Below are positions 1 through 8,086 of a stretch of DNA of 64,000 nucleotides, piece by piece. Location of the stretch: the NCBI GenBank assembly GCA_964459155.1, contig CAYWKF010000044.1:120407-184406 (forward strand). The letters run 5' to 3'. This stretch comes from an uncultured Desulfobacterales bacterium. Lineage in GTDB: Bacteria > Desulfobacterota > Dissulfuribacteria > Dissulfuribacterales > JALVPX01. The notes beneath the pieces were generated by a model, which saw nothing but the letters and a program-made list of their open reading frames with translations, made no database searches and was not told the DNA's origin. The translations under genes and the position numbers were made by a program. Every line of letters starts with the position of its first letter. Within the stretch, counting starts at the first letter, position 1.

Positions 1-3000
1 AACTGCGTTCATTCAAATCTAGTAAAGTTACATTTTCCTCGCGTGCCAAGGCGCGCATTTTGGCTACATATGGTTGATGATGGTAAACCCCAGGATAAAA
101 CCGATTCACCGGTGTGATGAGCACTGGTATCATGTCGTTGTCCTGCGCAAACTTGATATAACTTTTGAGCTTTTCGTAATAAACATCAGGCGATTGTTCA
201 TTGTGTCCAAACTGGATGAGCAAGAAGTGTTCTATTAAATGATGATTTTTCAATGCCAAGTCAGATTGTTCAACAATTAGCGCTTTGGTTTTACTCCAGT
301 TGTTTCTAATACTATTGTTGTCGTATGTGAGAGTGCTGGCGCCACTTCTAGCCAGGTTGTGTATATGCTCTGGTGACTTAGCCATAGATAACAATGCATC
401 ACCCCATCCAAGTTCTAAAAAGCCGCCGTTGCCGTCCGGTAGATCCGTATTGTGGACTGTGGAATCACCGATGAGAAACACCTGTTTAGACAATCCCACT
501 ACAAGAAAATTCTCACTATTTGGATCAGTCGACATGAATGTCGGTTCTCCAATGGCCTGCCACGAATTATCTCTCTGATCTCCTAATCCAAGTGGATAGA
601 CTGAACTAAGCCCGTTTTCCAAAGCAATGTTACTGCGTAACATTGTATCACCGCCCACAACGAAGCCTCTTCGTCCATTTTTGTATGCAACGTTTCCGAT
701 AAATTCGACGTTGCGGCCGGAATTGTAGTTGAATCCGTTTCTACGATTTTTAAAAGAAATATTATATCTGACCTTAGTGCCTATTCCGTTTCCAGCCTTT
801 GGATTACGGTTCCCTCCAGCCTTTATCCCGTTACCATTTCCTCTTGGACCTCTGCCATTGTCATACGAGAAGTTGTAGGCAACGTATGTATGGTTGGACC
901 TCCAAGTATCTATACCATCGTCTGAATTAGCAAAGAGCGTATTGTGTATCACTTTATTGTATTTTCCAGATCCAATCCAAATCCCATCAGCATTATCTCC
1001 CTGAACAGATGTTTCAACATCAGAATTGTGATGCGAGATGTTGTTACGTATCTCATTGTATCCATATTTATAAGGAATTGTGTAATTTGGCCGGTCTTCG
1101 TGCCACTCCCCACCATTTACGGCTATGCCAGTGCCTATATTGTGATGGACGTTACACCCTTCCACGACATTATGGCTTCCAAAAAACACTGCTATCCCCT
1201 CTGCAGGCATGTGACGGACTTCAAGCTTTCGAATATGAATATAGTTGTTATGACGTAATTTCAATTGAGTATGCTTATTTTCTGGTGTAATATCAGCTAC
1301 ATGCCTTACTCCACCGTCTAAAACAGCCAACTCTCCAGGATAGCTCTCAATAATAATTGGTTTTTCCGAAGTGCCAGATACACTTGAAGGTGGCGTTAAA
1401 GCACTTCGAATATGATATATCCCACCTCTTAAAAACAAAACGTCTCCAGGTTTGAGGCGGCGTATTGCTTGGGTAATAGCACAAGGATGGTCCTGCGAGC
1501 ATTGCTCTCCAGAGCCGTTGGGCGAGGCAAAAACGGTACCTTTTTCCAAAGGAGTAGCAGGAACTACTCTGGCCCCATAATAAGAATTGAAAAACACGCC
1601 ATCGATATTACGAAACACAGGATCGCGCGCTGCTGCATCCGACACATTTGGAGTAGAACCCATATCTGGGTTCGTTACTTTACTGGAGTCTATTTTGGCA
1701 TGTTCCAAAATAAAATTGGCAAATACTTTTTCAAACTCCATGTGGTCGTAAATTTCGTCTTTTTTATATATTGGGACACCATTTGCATATTTTGTTTGCG
1801 TAATGTCACCTACGTCAAGCGCATAGATATGTGCGACATAAGTGTGACTTTGAGGAAATTTAGGCTCAGCATATCCTCTTACGCCTAATGAGTTTCGCTC
1901 TACTATTGCATCAGCCGGGATAGAGTTCGGTAGAATACTTTTGACATCTTTATTTATATTAAACACAACCCAGTGAACCCAGTTTCTGCCTTTGTCGTCT
2001 TTTGCATCGTGATCATCTATAATAATGGCATAGCTTTTCACACCTACAGGTGGATTCTTCCAAGAAAAAGAAGGAGAACCGTGATCGGGTATAAACTCAT
2101 CAGAGGACAATTCAAACTCCTTGTCAGCACCCGACAAGAGTATACACAATTCGCTATTCTCATACCCTTGCGCACAAGCTAACTCTTTGATCCAACCTGC
2201 AACTATTCTTGCTCCCTTTGGCTCAAAGTGGGTTTTTTGCTTATTTCTGGTCCATCTATTGTAACAATTGGCAAACATTTCATCCCACTCTTTATCGCTG
2301 TACTTACTGTATTCCTGGTAGGATTTCTCGTTTAAATCCAACACCCTTACGCCTTCTTCCTCAGCAACTTCTTTCATCCACTTCGGGTAATCACCCCTGG
2401 TGCGCTTAAGCACTCCGTTCTCTCTAATCCTCTTCTCTATTTCTGTAATCAAAATAGGAGTAAAATTAAGCTGTTTAGCCTCTCTTATATATTTTCTTAT
2501 GTTATTTTTAAATCTTCTTTCGTCTCGTACCTTCTCGTTTGCACCAAATTGTATCAGAAGTATGCCGCCTCCAAGTTCTTTCATCTTCTCCTTTGCTCCG
2601 CCCCAGTAGTGATCCCTATTTGGTCCGAAGTTTTTGAGTTCTTGCAGGCAACTGCTCCTTCTTTTCATATCTTTTATTTCATTACATTCACGTCCTACTT
2701 CTTGTGGAGACATCATGAAAGTCGATGTATTTGCCCCTGGATGCGCGTAATTATAAATGGTGTTTGGATATTGTGCGTACTCATAAAGCCTTTCGCCCCA
2801 CCCTTCCAAACGACAATCAGTCTTATAGTCTTCTCTAACAGCTTCATTCATCTCATGAGATATGTAAACAGTTGATGGACCGATCAATACAATAGGTGTA
2901 GCTGTTACAGGCGATGTTGTTTGATCTGTGTCGTTTCCTCCATCAGGCGGTTCAGACCCGCTTGATGCTGAGGTAACAACCTCCCAATCATAAAAGAAAT

Positions 3001-4990
3001 AGTAATGTTCTCTATCGATATTTGAACCTGTAATCGTTGCAACATCCCCTACTAGTATTGGATAATTTACATTCTTATTACGATACAAGCCCTTGTGAGT
3101 GTCGGCTAACAGGCGAAAACCATTGCCCTTCGGCACATAGAAATCAAGACTAATCCGCTGTTCTCCCTCTTTTACAAAGAGTGTTTTTTGAGCGAGCTGT
3201 TTACCGGAACGATCATAGAGTGCAAATGTCCTATTGGCCGCATGCCCTTTTTGATTATATACTTTGACTGATTTGAGTATAAATGGCTTATGCGCATCAA
3301 ACACCAGCCCCCTAATAGCATCTGCATCATCCCTCGGATAGTAACCGCCGGTGCCTTGGTTATCTTTTTTACCGCCCCAAACAGTTATAGTGTCATGTGT
3401 TGGGTCATATGCCGGATCCGAAGAATCTCTCGGGGATACCTCAAAGGCTCCGATATCTGGCACTTCGTCTCGACGACTGCCTGTGAAATCCCAAGGAGGC
3501 AATGTCATTAACGACCTTGTTCCACCATTCTCCAATATGGAACCAGGATAAATTTGATAATTGCGGCTACTATCGTCAAACCCAAATTCTTCAATTGGAA
3601 CAGATAAATGATTTGTTGAAAGATCTATGGATGAAATATCAATATTGGCTAGGATCAAAGTATCTTGATCGATGGCGTTATTTTGAATAAATAGGCCATT
3701 GATGCCGTCAACTCTGCCTGTGTTGACACCTCTTTTTGCCATAATACTCAACATTGTCTTGCCTGTACCGTTGTCGACACAAGCGTTGTTGACGATCATC
3801 ACATTCTGTGGCGGAAAGTAAACATCTTCTGATACCCCCACACCTTCTTCCGCGTCGTAATAGAGTGCAATATGCGCATGCGACAAACGGCGATTATCAT
3901 AGTTTGAACCAAAGGTGTTGTTTGCAATCAAATGCGTCCAATCGTCAGAAGAGAGGAAATGGCTTGTGCGGCTACCAATCCTGATATTGTTTTCCGGATG
4001 ATAGTAGTCGTATTTTTCATTTGGCGGATAGCACCCACGAATTGCCACAGAATAGTAGCTGTTGTTGTACATCACTGAATTGATGAGCGCCTGGTGCCAT
4101 CCCATCATATACCATATATATGACATCTTGGAATCATAAAATTCGCATCCGTCTACAGTCCAGTCATGGGAACTGACTCCTGAATAAATTCCCATCCACA
4201 GCCCACTCATCTTGATCCCTTTCAAGTAGACATGATGGGGATTTAAGAAACTTCCACTTGGCGAGCGCACCAGCAATCCACCACCTTTTGCGGCCAAGTT
4301 GATGAAGTTGACGTGATGATTCACCTCTGTCTCGCTGCTAGCTGCAGGTAGGTAAAAGGCGGCACCATCATCGTTACCTAACGGATAGATAACTGCCCTG
4401 TGCCGATTTTGGGCCTTTATAGTGATATGATGTAGGCTTTTAGGAAACACGACATGGCAACTGTGGTATTCACCGTCCTTAAGAAGGATGGTTGTATAAG
4501 GTGCAGCATTATTTATGGCTTGCTGCAATTCCTCTGGATTGCTTACATAGACAACTTGGCCGTTTCCATAGACATCATGTTTCGAGAAATCAAGCTCTGG
4601 TATATAGGCCTTCTTAATGAGCCCATATTCAAATTTCCAAGTTATGGCTCGATGGTCAAAAGGATATCGCCTATCATGACTAAAACTCAATGTATCATCA
4701 CTCGTAACCTTAGCATCTGGACCAATATCACCTATAACTGCGTGACCATCCGTCACTATTGTGTGAGGAGAGTTGCTTTGAAAGCTAAAGGATACGTCTC
4801 TTAAACCAGCGCTTTTGTTTTTTATAATTATCTTAAACGTATACTCAAATGTGCATCTTCCCACACGATTAGCATCAACTAGCTGAAAGCTATAATCAAA
4901 AGGTAGTGTTTCTGCCCTGGTCAAAGAGGGACTGCAAAACAGAAATATACTAACCATCAAACACATTAAATAAAGTCTTTTGTTCATCAT
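1..4990 (-). CDS. Giant secreted multidomain protein, >=1663 aa, C-terminus beyond the left window edge. Order: signal peptide, shared N-terminal module, beta-helix 1, beta-sandwich, SGNH-like esterase 1, PEBP/YbhB-like domain, beta-helix 2, SGNH/RGAE-like esterase 2.
   Basis: Hand translation of the minus strand from ATG at 4990 (MMNKRLYLMCLMVSIFLFCSPSLTRA, signal-peptide-like). My line-by-line scan found no in-frame stop down to position 2. The stop therefore lies outside the window, which explains the absence from the ORF track. Domain motifs are listed in the sub-features. Confidence 0.8.
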   Translation of the reverse strand, partial: MMNKRLYLMCLMVSIFLFCSPSLTRAETLPFDYSFQLVDANRVGRCTFEYTFKIIIKNKSAGLRDVSFSFQSNSPHTIVTDGHAVIGDIGPDAKVTSDDTLSFSHDRRYPFDHRAITWKFEYGLIKKAYIPELDFSKHDVYGNGQVVYVSNPEELQQAINNAAPYTTILLKDGEYHSCHVVFPKSLHHITIKAQNRHRAVIYPLGNDDGAAFYLPAASSETEVNHHVNFINLAAKGGGLLVRSPSGSFLNPHHVYLKGIKMSGLWMGIYSGVSSHDWTVDGCEFYDSKMSYIWYMMGWHQALINSVMYNNSYYSVAIRGCYPPNEKYDYYHPENNIRIGSRTSHFLSSDDWTHLIANNTFGSNYDNRRLSHAHIALYYDAEEGVGVSEDVYFPPQNVMIVNNACVDNGTGKTMLSIMAKRGVNTGRVDGINGLFIQNNAIDQDTLILANIDISSIDLSTNHLSVPIEEFGFDDSSRNYQIYPGSILENGGTRSLMTLPPWDFTGSRRDEVPDIGAFEVSPRDSSDPAYDPTHDTITVWGGKKDNQGTGGYYPRDDADAIRGLVFDAHKPFILKSVKVYNQKGHAANRTFALYDRSGKQLAQKTLFVKEGEQRISLDFYVPKGNGFRLLADTHKGLYRNKNVNYPILVGDVATITGSNIDREHYYFFYDWEVVTSASSGSEPPDGGNDTDQTTSPVTATPIVLIGPSTVYISHEMNEAVREDYKTDCRLEGWGERLYEYAQYPNTIYNYAHPGANTSTFMMSPQEVGRECNEIKDMKRRSSCLQELKNFGPNRDHYWGGAKEKMKELGGGILLIQFGANEKVRDERRFKNNIRKYIREAKQLNFTPILITEIEKRIRENGVLKRTRGDYPKWMKEVAEEEGVRVLDLNEKSYQEYSKYSDKEWDEMFANCYNRWTRNKQKTHFEPKGARIVAGWIKELACAQGYENSELCILLSGADKEFELSSDEFIPDHGSPSFSWKNPPVGVKSYAIIIDDHDAKDDKGRNWVHWVVFNINKDVKSILPNSIPADAIVERNSLGVRGYAEPKFPQSHTYVAHIYALDVGDITQTKYANGVPIYKKDEIYDHMEFEKVFANFILEHAKIDSSKVTNPDMGSTPNVSDAAARDPVFRNIDGVFFNSYYGARVVPATPLEKGTVFASPNGSGEQCSQDHPCAITQAIRRLKPGDVLFLRGGIYHIRSALTPPSSVSGTSEKPIIIESYPGELAVLDGGVRHVADITPENKHTQLKLRHNNYIHIRKLEVRHMPAEGIAVFFGSHNVVEGCNVHHNIGTGIAVNGGEWHEDRPNYTIPYKYGYNEIRNNISHHNSDVETSVQGDNADGIWIGSGKYNKVIHNTLFANSDDGIDTWRSNHTYVAYNFSYDNGRGPRGNGNGIKAGGNRNPKAGNGIGTKVRYNISFKNRRNGFNYNSGRNVEFIGNVAYKNGRRGFVVGGDTMLRSNIALENGLSSVYPLGLGDQRDNSWQAIGEPTFMSTDPNSENFLVVGLSKQVFLIGDSTVHNTDLPDGNGGFLELGWGDALLSMAKSPEHIHNLARSGASTLTYDNNSIRNNWSKTKALIVEQSDLALKNHHLIEHFLLIQFGHNEQSPDVYYEKLKSYIKFAQDNDMIPVLITPVNRFYPGVYHHQPYVAKMRALAREENVTLLDLNERS
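2..493 (-). other. SGNH/rhamnogalacturonan-acetylesterase-like domain 2 (truncated by the window edge)
   Basis: Canonical blocks VFLIGDSTVHN, LGWGD, NLARSGAST and LLIQFGHNE. Block V lies outside the window. Confidence 0.7.
521..1543 (-). other. Right-handed parallel beta-helix (pectate-lyase-like) region 2
   Basis: VFASPNGSGEQCSQDHPCAITQAIRRLKPGDVLFLRGGIYH, then GDNADGIWI, DDGIDTW, GNGNGIKAGGN and NSW motifs. All are typical of beta-helix lyase-fold proteins. Confidence 0.65.
1691..2113 (-). other. PEBP / YbhB-YbcL-like (phosphatidylethanolamine-binding protein family) domain
   Basis: GSPSFSWKNPPVGVKSYAIIIDDHDAKDDKGRNWVHWVVFNI ... HTYVAHIYALDV matches the bacterial PEBP pattern (SP.L.W...P.GTKS, DPDAP-like, HW.v.NI, H.Y.F.vyALD). 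Confidence 0.65.
2171..2896 (-). other. SGNH/GDSL-type esterase-like domain 1 (variant block I GPS instead of GDS)
   Basis: Block-like motifs LIGPSTV, EGWGE, YAHPGANTSTF, LLIQFGANE and THFEPKGARIVAGWI follow the rhamnogalacturonan-acetylesterase pattern. The block I Asp is replaced by Pro. Confidence 0.55.
2975..3388 (-). other. Beta-sandwich, putative carbohydrate-binding module
   Basis: GLVFDAHKPFILKSVKVYNQKGHAANRTFALYDRSGKQLAQKTLFVKEGEQRISLDFYVPKGNGFRLL...EHYYFFYDWEV. Followed by an S/T/P/D-rich linker (TSASSGSEPPDGGNDTDQTTSPVTATP). The assignment rests on pattern only. Confidence 0.4.
3431..4558 (-). other. Right-handed parallel beta-helix (pectate-lyase-like) region 1
   Basis: Starts with NPEELQQAINNAAPYTTILLKDGEYH, typical of the opening of beta-helix polysaccharide lyase/hydrolase domains. 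Contains repetitive N/G/I-rich turns. Ends with RRDEVPDIGAFE (DIGAxE-type C-cap). Confidence 0.6.
4625..4912 (-). other. Shared N-terminal module, copy 1 (aa ~27-122 of the edge-truncated giant protein)
   Basis: FQLVDANRVGRCTFEYTFKIIIKN...SPHTIVTDG...KVTSDDTLSFSHDRRYPFDHRAITWKFE aligns by eye at roughly 40% identity with aa ~31-126 of the 1546-aa protein. Shared strings: RVGR, FE.T.K, PHT, DG, VTS.DT, DRRYP, W..E. Confidence 0.7.
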
Positions 4991-5063
4991 ATATTTTTCC
5001 TTTCTTGATTTAATATGCTTATACTTTTTTTCACTTCAACTTAGCGTGTAGCTAGATCAAGCA

Positions 5064-5363
5064 TTATAAATTATATTTAAGACAACGATTGCTTTTGAAA
5101 TCAATAAAAGCAACATCCCGGCCATTAAAAGCTGATACAGGCGACACAGAACTATACAGGCCGCGTTTGACATTTGTGTTTAAACCGATGCCATTTGAGA
5201 AATGGCTATCACTGACTTGATGGCAATCCTGGCAAAAATCTTGATTTTGGTCTGCATCAGACAAATCTGTAACTATATGATGGATGGTAAGTGGATGCGC
5301 ATAAGCACAAACTCCCAACAATATCCAGAAAGCAGTAATCAAGGCTAGATGCATCTCTTTCAT
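5064..5363 (-). CDS. Small secreted protein (99 aa) with a single CXXCH motif; possible monohaem c-type cytochrome-like protein
   Basis: ORF track. N-terminal signal peptide MKEMHLALITAFWILLGVCAYA followed by HP. One CQDCH motif. Lies 73 nt upstream of, and on the same strand as, the giant gene. Confidence 0.45.
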   Translation of the reverse strand: MKEMHLALITAFWILLGVCAYAHPLTIHHIVTDLSDADQNQDFCQDCHQVSDSHFSNGIGLNTNVKRGLYSSVSPVSAFNGRDVAFIDFKSNRCLKYNL

Positions 5364-5672
5364 ATTGATAGAGTTCCTTTTGGGATTTTTTATAGGCAGG
5401 TGATAACTAGGCTACACGTAATCTCTTTTAAGTTAACGTGATCCACGTCACCTTGTTTTTATTTGTGAGCTGAATCCTCCTCCACCTGGACCAACATACT
5501 TTAATGAATAACAGTAGCCCAACAGGCTAGTCAAGAAAAATTATCTTTTATATCACTATGTTGACCGGATCTTTACAGATGTTTATACGTGGTATAGTAA
5601 CAGATAAGGCTAAATTGTTTTAGCTATTAGCCTCTAAAAGACTATCTTATACTATCTATGGTGAGTAATTAT

Positions 5673-5714
5673 AGCTCTCCTGCGATATCCAAGAAGAAAG
5701 ATTACAGGAGAGCT
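5673..5714 (-). terminator. Possible terminator hairpin downstream of the DUF2267 gene
   Basis: 10-bp inverted repeat AGCTCTCCTG (5673-5682) / CAGGAGAGCT (5705-5714) with a 22-nt loop. The downstream tail on the minus strand is only weakly U-rich. Confidence 0.3.
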
Positions 5715-5788
5715 TTGGCTACGATTCTTAAGAGAAAAAGCAATATTTCGTTAATCTTCTTACTCTTCCAATTGCCTTAGTCTTTCCC

Positions 5789-6223
5789 TTAAGCGTCTTC
5801 CCACAGTTCTTTTAAGCGTTTTGGCAATTCTGCTTCCACATCTTGTGCCTCTCCATCAGACACATGTCTTTTTATCACCCTGAAAACAGCCTTAATAGCC
5901 TTCACAGCCTCATCTTTGTCTTTAAAGTCCACTTCACCGCGTGGAGTATCATATTTCATCACTTCCTCAATGAACTCTTCAACATGCTTGATCTTTTCGG
6001 GGGTTTTGGACAGTTTCCAACCATCTACGTATACTGCCTTGATGGCCATGGGAAGCTGAGCCAAAAGATGCATGGATTCTTCATGGGTGAGACGGTTTCT
6101 TAAGGCCCTCAAAACGGCCTTTAACACCCTACCAGCCTTCTTCTTATTTTCAGGCTCACCAAGTTCTTGTGCCAATTCCTTCAAAAAAATGTTGCCCTTC
6201 TCGGCATATTTTTCAAAATTCAT
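5789..6223 (-). CDS. DUF2267 family protein
   Basis: 144 aa. RVLKAVLRALRNRLTHEESMHLLAQLPMAIKAVYVDGWK matches the DUF2267 pattern (..LR.RL..dea..LaAQLP...rg.y..gW). Confidence 0.7.
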   Translation of the reverse strand: MNFEKYAEKGNIFLKELAQELGEPENKKKAGRVLKAVLRALRNRLTHEESMHLLAQLPMAIKAVYVDGWKLSKTPEKIKHVEEFIEEVMKYDTPRGEVDFKDKDEAVKAIKAVFRVIKRHVSDGEAQDVEAELPKRLKELWEDA

Positions 6224-6330
6224 CTTCTCCCCTCCTTTCTATTCACTTCTTGCTAACTAAAATTTAATTATCATTAAAAGGGGAGCAAGAGGCATTTGGC
6301 TAGCAAAAGCAAAGTTAAGCAGACGGAGAA

Positions 6331-6579
6331 TTATTTTTTACGTTGACATGAATCAAGCTCTTCAAGTTTTTGATAGATTTTGTCCAGTTTTTTATGAAGG
6401 GAGTTTGTGGCTTGGATATTTTTGTATGCATTCATTATTAGCTTTATTGAAACCAGAAACACAGCGGCCTCTAATAAGAGATCATGAGTAAAGCCTTTTA
6501 CGAACAGGGCTGCTATAAAAAGAACCAACGTGGCAAAAATAACTAATAGAGAGCCTGTATCAAAATATTTATTACTCAT
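6331..6579 (-). CDS. Small membrane protein (2 predicted TM helices plus a C-terminal coiled-coil-like tail), hypothetical
   Basis: 82-aa ORF. Hydrophobic stretches LLVIFATLVLFIAALFV and LLLEAAVFLVSIKLIM. Charged tail KKLDKIYQKLEELD. Confidence 0.5.
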   Translation of the reverse strand: MSNKYFDTGSLLVIFATLVLFIAALFVKGFTHDLLLEAAVFLVSIKLIMNAYKNIQATNSLHKKLDKIYQKLEELDSCQRKK

Positions 6580-6648
6580 ATGAGATCCAAAAATTAAATT
6601 TATTCATGTTTCAATACACTATAACTTGAAATTGAAGCTATCAATTTT

Positions 6649-6689
6649 AAAAAAAAACAGCCTTCCAAGATGAGAAGTACCTGGAAGGC
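6649..6689 (-). terminator. Rho-independent terminator after the DUF1501 gene
   Basis: Stem GCCTTCCA (6660-6667) / TGGAAGGC (6682-6689). The 9-A run at 6649-6657 gives a U-run on the minus-strand transcript. Located 27 nt past the stop at 6716. Confidence 0.7.
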
Positions 6690-6715
6690 CGTATCATGTT
6701 CCTGATTTGATAATA

Positions 6716-8074
6716 TTATGAAATAAATGCCAACTTTCCATCGAACCGATTCAAATTGGGAAACACAGTTGCTGGATCCACGGCACCATCACTCCACCAT
6801 GACACTAGAGGGGCAAGATACTGTTCAACCGATGTGGTAGGCACTATGACATTACCCCACATGTCTGGTGAACCTAGCTTGATTTCTGGCATTGTTCCAT
6901 AAATACCGCCCCTTACGGCCCCGCCTGCTGCATAGGCATGGCCTCCCCAGCCATGGTCGGTTCCGTTGCCATTGGAGGTCACTGTGCGACCAAAATCTGA
7001 AATAGTAAACGTGGTGACTTGATCAAAGACGCCCAACCTATTCATAACATCGTGAAAGGTGCCAATAGACTTGTCAAGGTAATCCACTTTATGCGCTCCA
7101 TTGTTGGACTCTGGCTCATCCAGCAGAGGCTCGTTGTGCGTGTCCCAGCCATGATAGTTGACAAAAAATATCTGACGGTTTGGGAACGCACCTTCATCGC
7201 GGCCGTCGAGTTTTGCCTTGATAATCCTGGTTATCAGCTCCAGCTGTTCGCCCAATGATTTGCCCTGTTCATGAACACCCCTGTCAAATCGTGTCACCGG
7301 CTCTTCCATCACACCACTCAGCCTGTTGAGCAGATCAATCTCTTCTAGCCGTGTCTTGGCAAACATGGCCACCAATTTGTTATGGTGAGCCTGTTCCTTA
7401 GCCAACAAATCACGATATGCCTCTCCAACACTGGTATCTTCCGGCCTCACTCTATAAAAATCGTCAAAGGCATAGATAGCGTCGTTGATTACAAATTGTT
7501 TGTGCTGGCCTCCGCGTTGCATGAGGTTACGGCCACCTACACTGATGTTGACTAAATTACCCTTGCCGCTTTCATCAGCCGCAATAGCAGCCCACCCTTT
7601 GCTGCTATTTCCAGCCAGCATCCACAGGTCGCGCTGTGAATTGTGTGAAAAGAGTTGATCAGGCAAATTGGGTATCTGTTCCCCGGTCTCATTCGCATTC
7701 CTGATTTGCGCGTGTGATATAGGCTCGTTGAGCATGCCGACATTTGCTACAACGGCAAGGTTTCCTCGATTGTACAGTTGCTGCATACGGTTCATCCTGG
7801 GATGAAAGCCATATGTTGTGGAAACCAAATCGAGTAGTGATTCCTGTCTCAAGGCCTGGTCTGCGCGTATGTTTGCATAATCAGAATAGGCCATTCCATC
7901 CCTGGGAACCACCATATTGATGGAATCTGCCCCGCCCTCCAGCAGTATGCAGACTAAGGCTTTGTAATCACCGCCAGCTGCCCATGTGGGCATATCTAAC
8001 GAAGATACTGCAACTGCGCCTGCCACGGTTATTAGAGATTTTTTCAAAAAATTTCTGCGATTATATCTTTTCAT
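6716..8074 (-). CDS. DUF1501 family protein (sulfatase/alkaline-phosphatase-like fold) with a twin-arginine signal
   Basis: 452 aa. Tat-type N-terminus MKRYNRRNFLKKSLITVAGAVAV. NYHGWDTHNE and GTDHGWGG motifs are typical of DUF1501. Sits 12 nt downstream of the DUF1800-containing gene. Confidence 0.85.
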   Translation of the reverse strand: MKRYNRRNFLKKSLITVAGAVAVSSLDMPTWAAGGDYKALVCILLEGGADSINMVVPRDGMAYSDYANIRADQALRQESLLDLVSTTYGFHPRMNRMQQLYNRGNLAVVANVGMLNEPISHAQIRNANETGEQIPNLPDQLFSHNSQRDLWMLAGNSSKGWAAIAADESGKGNLVNISVGGRNLMQRGGQHKQFVINDAIYAFDDFYRVRPEDTSVGEAYRDLLAKEQAHHNKLVAMFAKTRLEEIDLLNRLSGVMEEPVTRFDRGVHEQGKSLGEQLELITRIIKAKLDGRDEGAFPNRQIFFVNYHGWDTHNEPLLDEPESNNGAHKVDYLDKSIGTFHDVMNRLGVFDQVTTFTISDFGRTVTSNGNGTDHGWGGHAYAAGGAVRGGIYGTMPEIKLGSPDMWGNVIVPTTSVEQYLAPLVSWWSDGAVDPATVFPNLNRFDGKLAFIS

Positions 8075-8086
8075 CTTGCTAACTCC

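Noticed and set aside
4200-4381. Apparent compensating frameshifts and in-frame stops in the giant minus-strand ORF on my first pass, which would have made it a pseudogene.
   Set aside because: The shifts fell exactly at 60-nt line boundaries and came from my own one-base mis-transcription of two lines. On re-reading the given sequence the frame is continuous (…AVIYPLGNDDGAAFYLPAASSETEVNHHVNF…SGLWMG…), which agrees with the ORF track omitting it only because it has no stop in the window.
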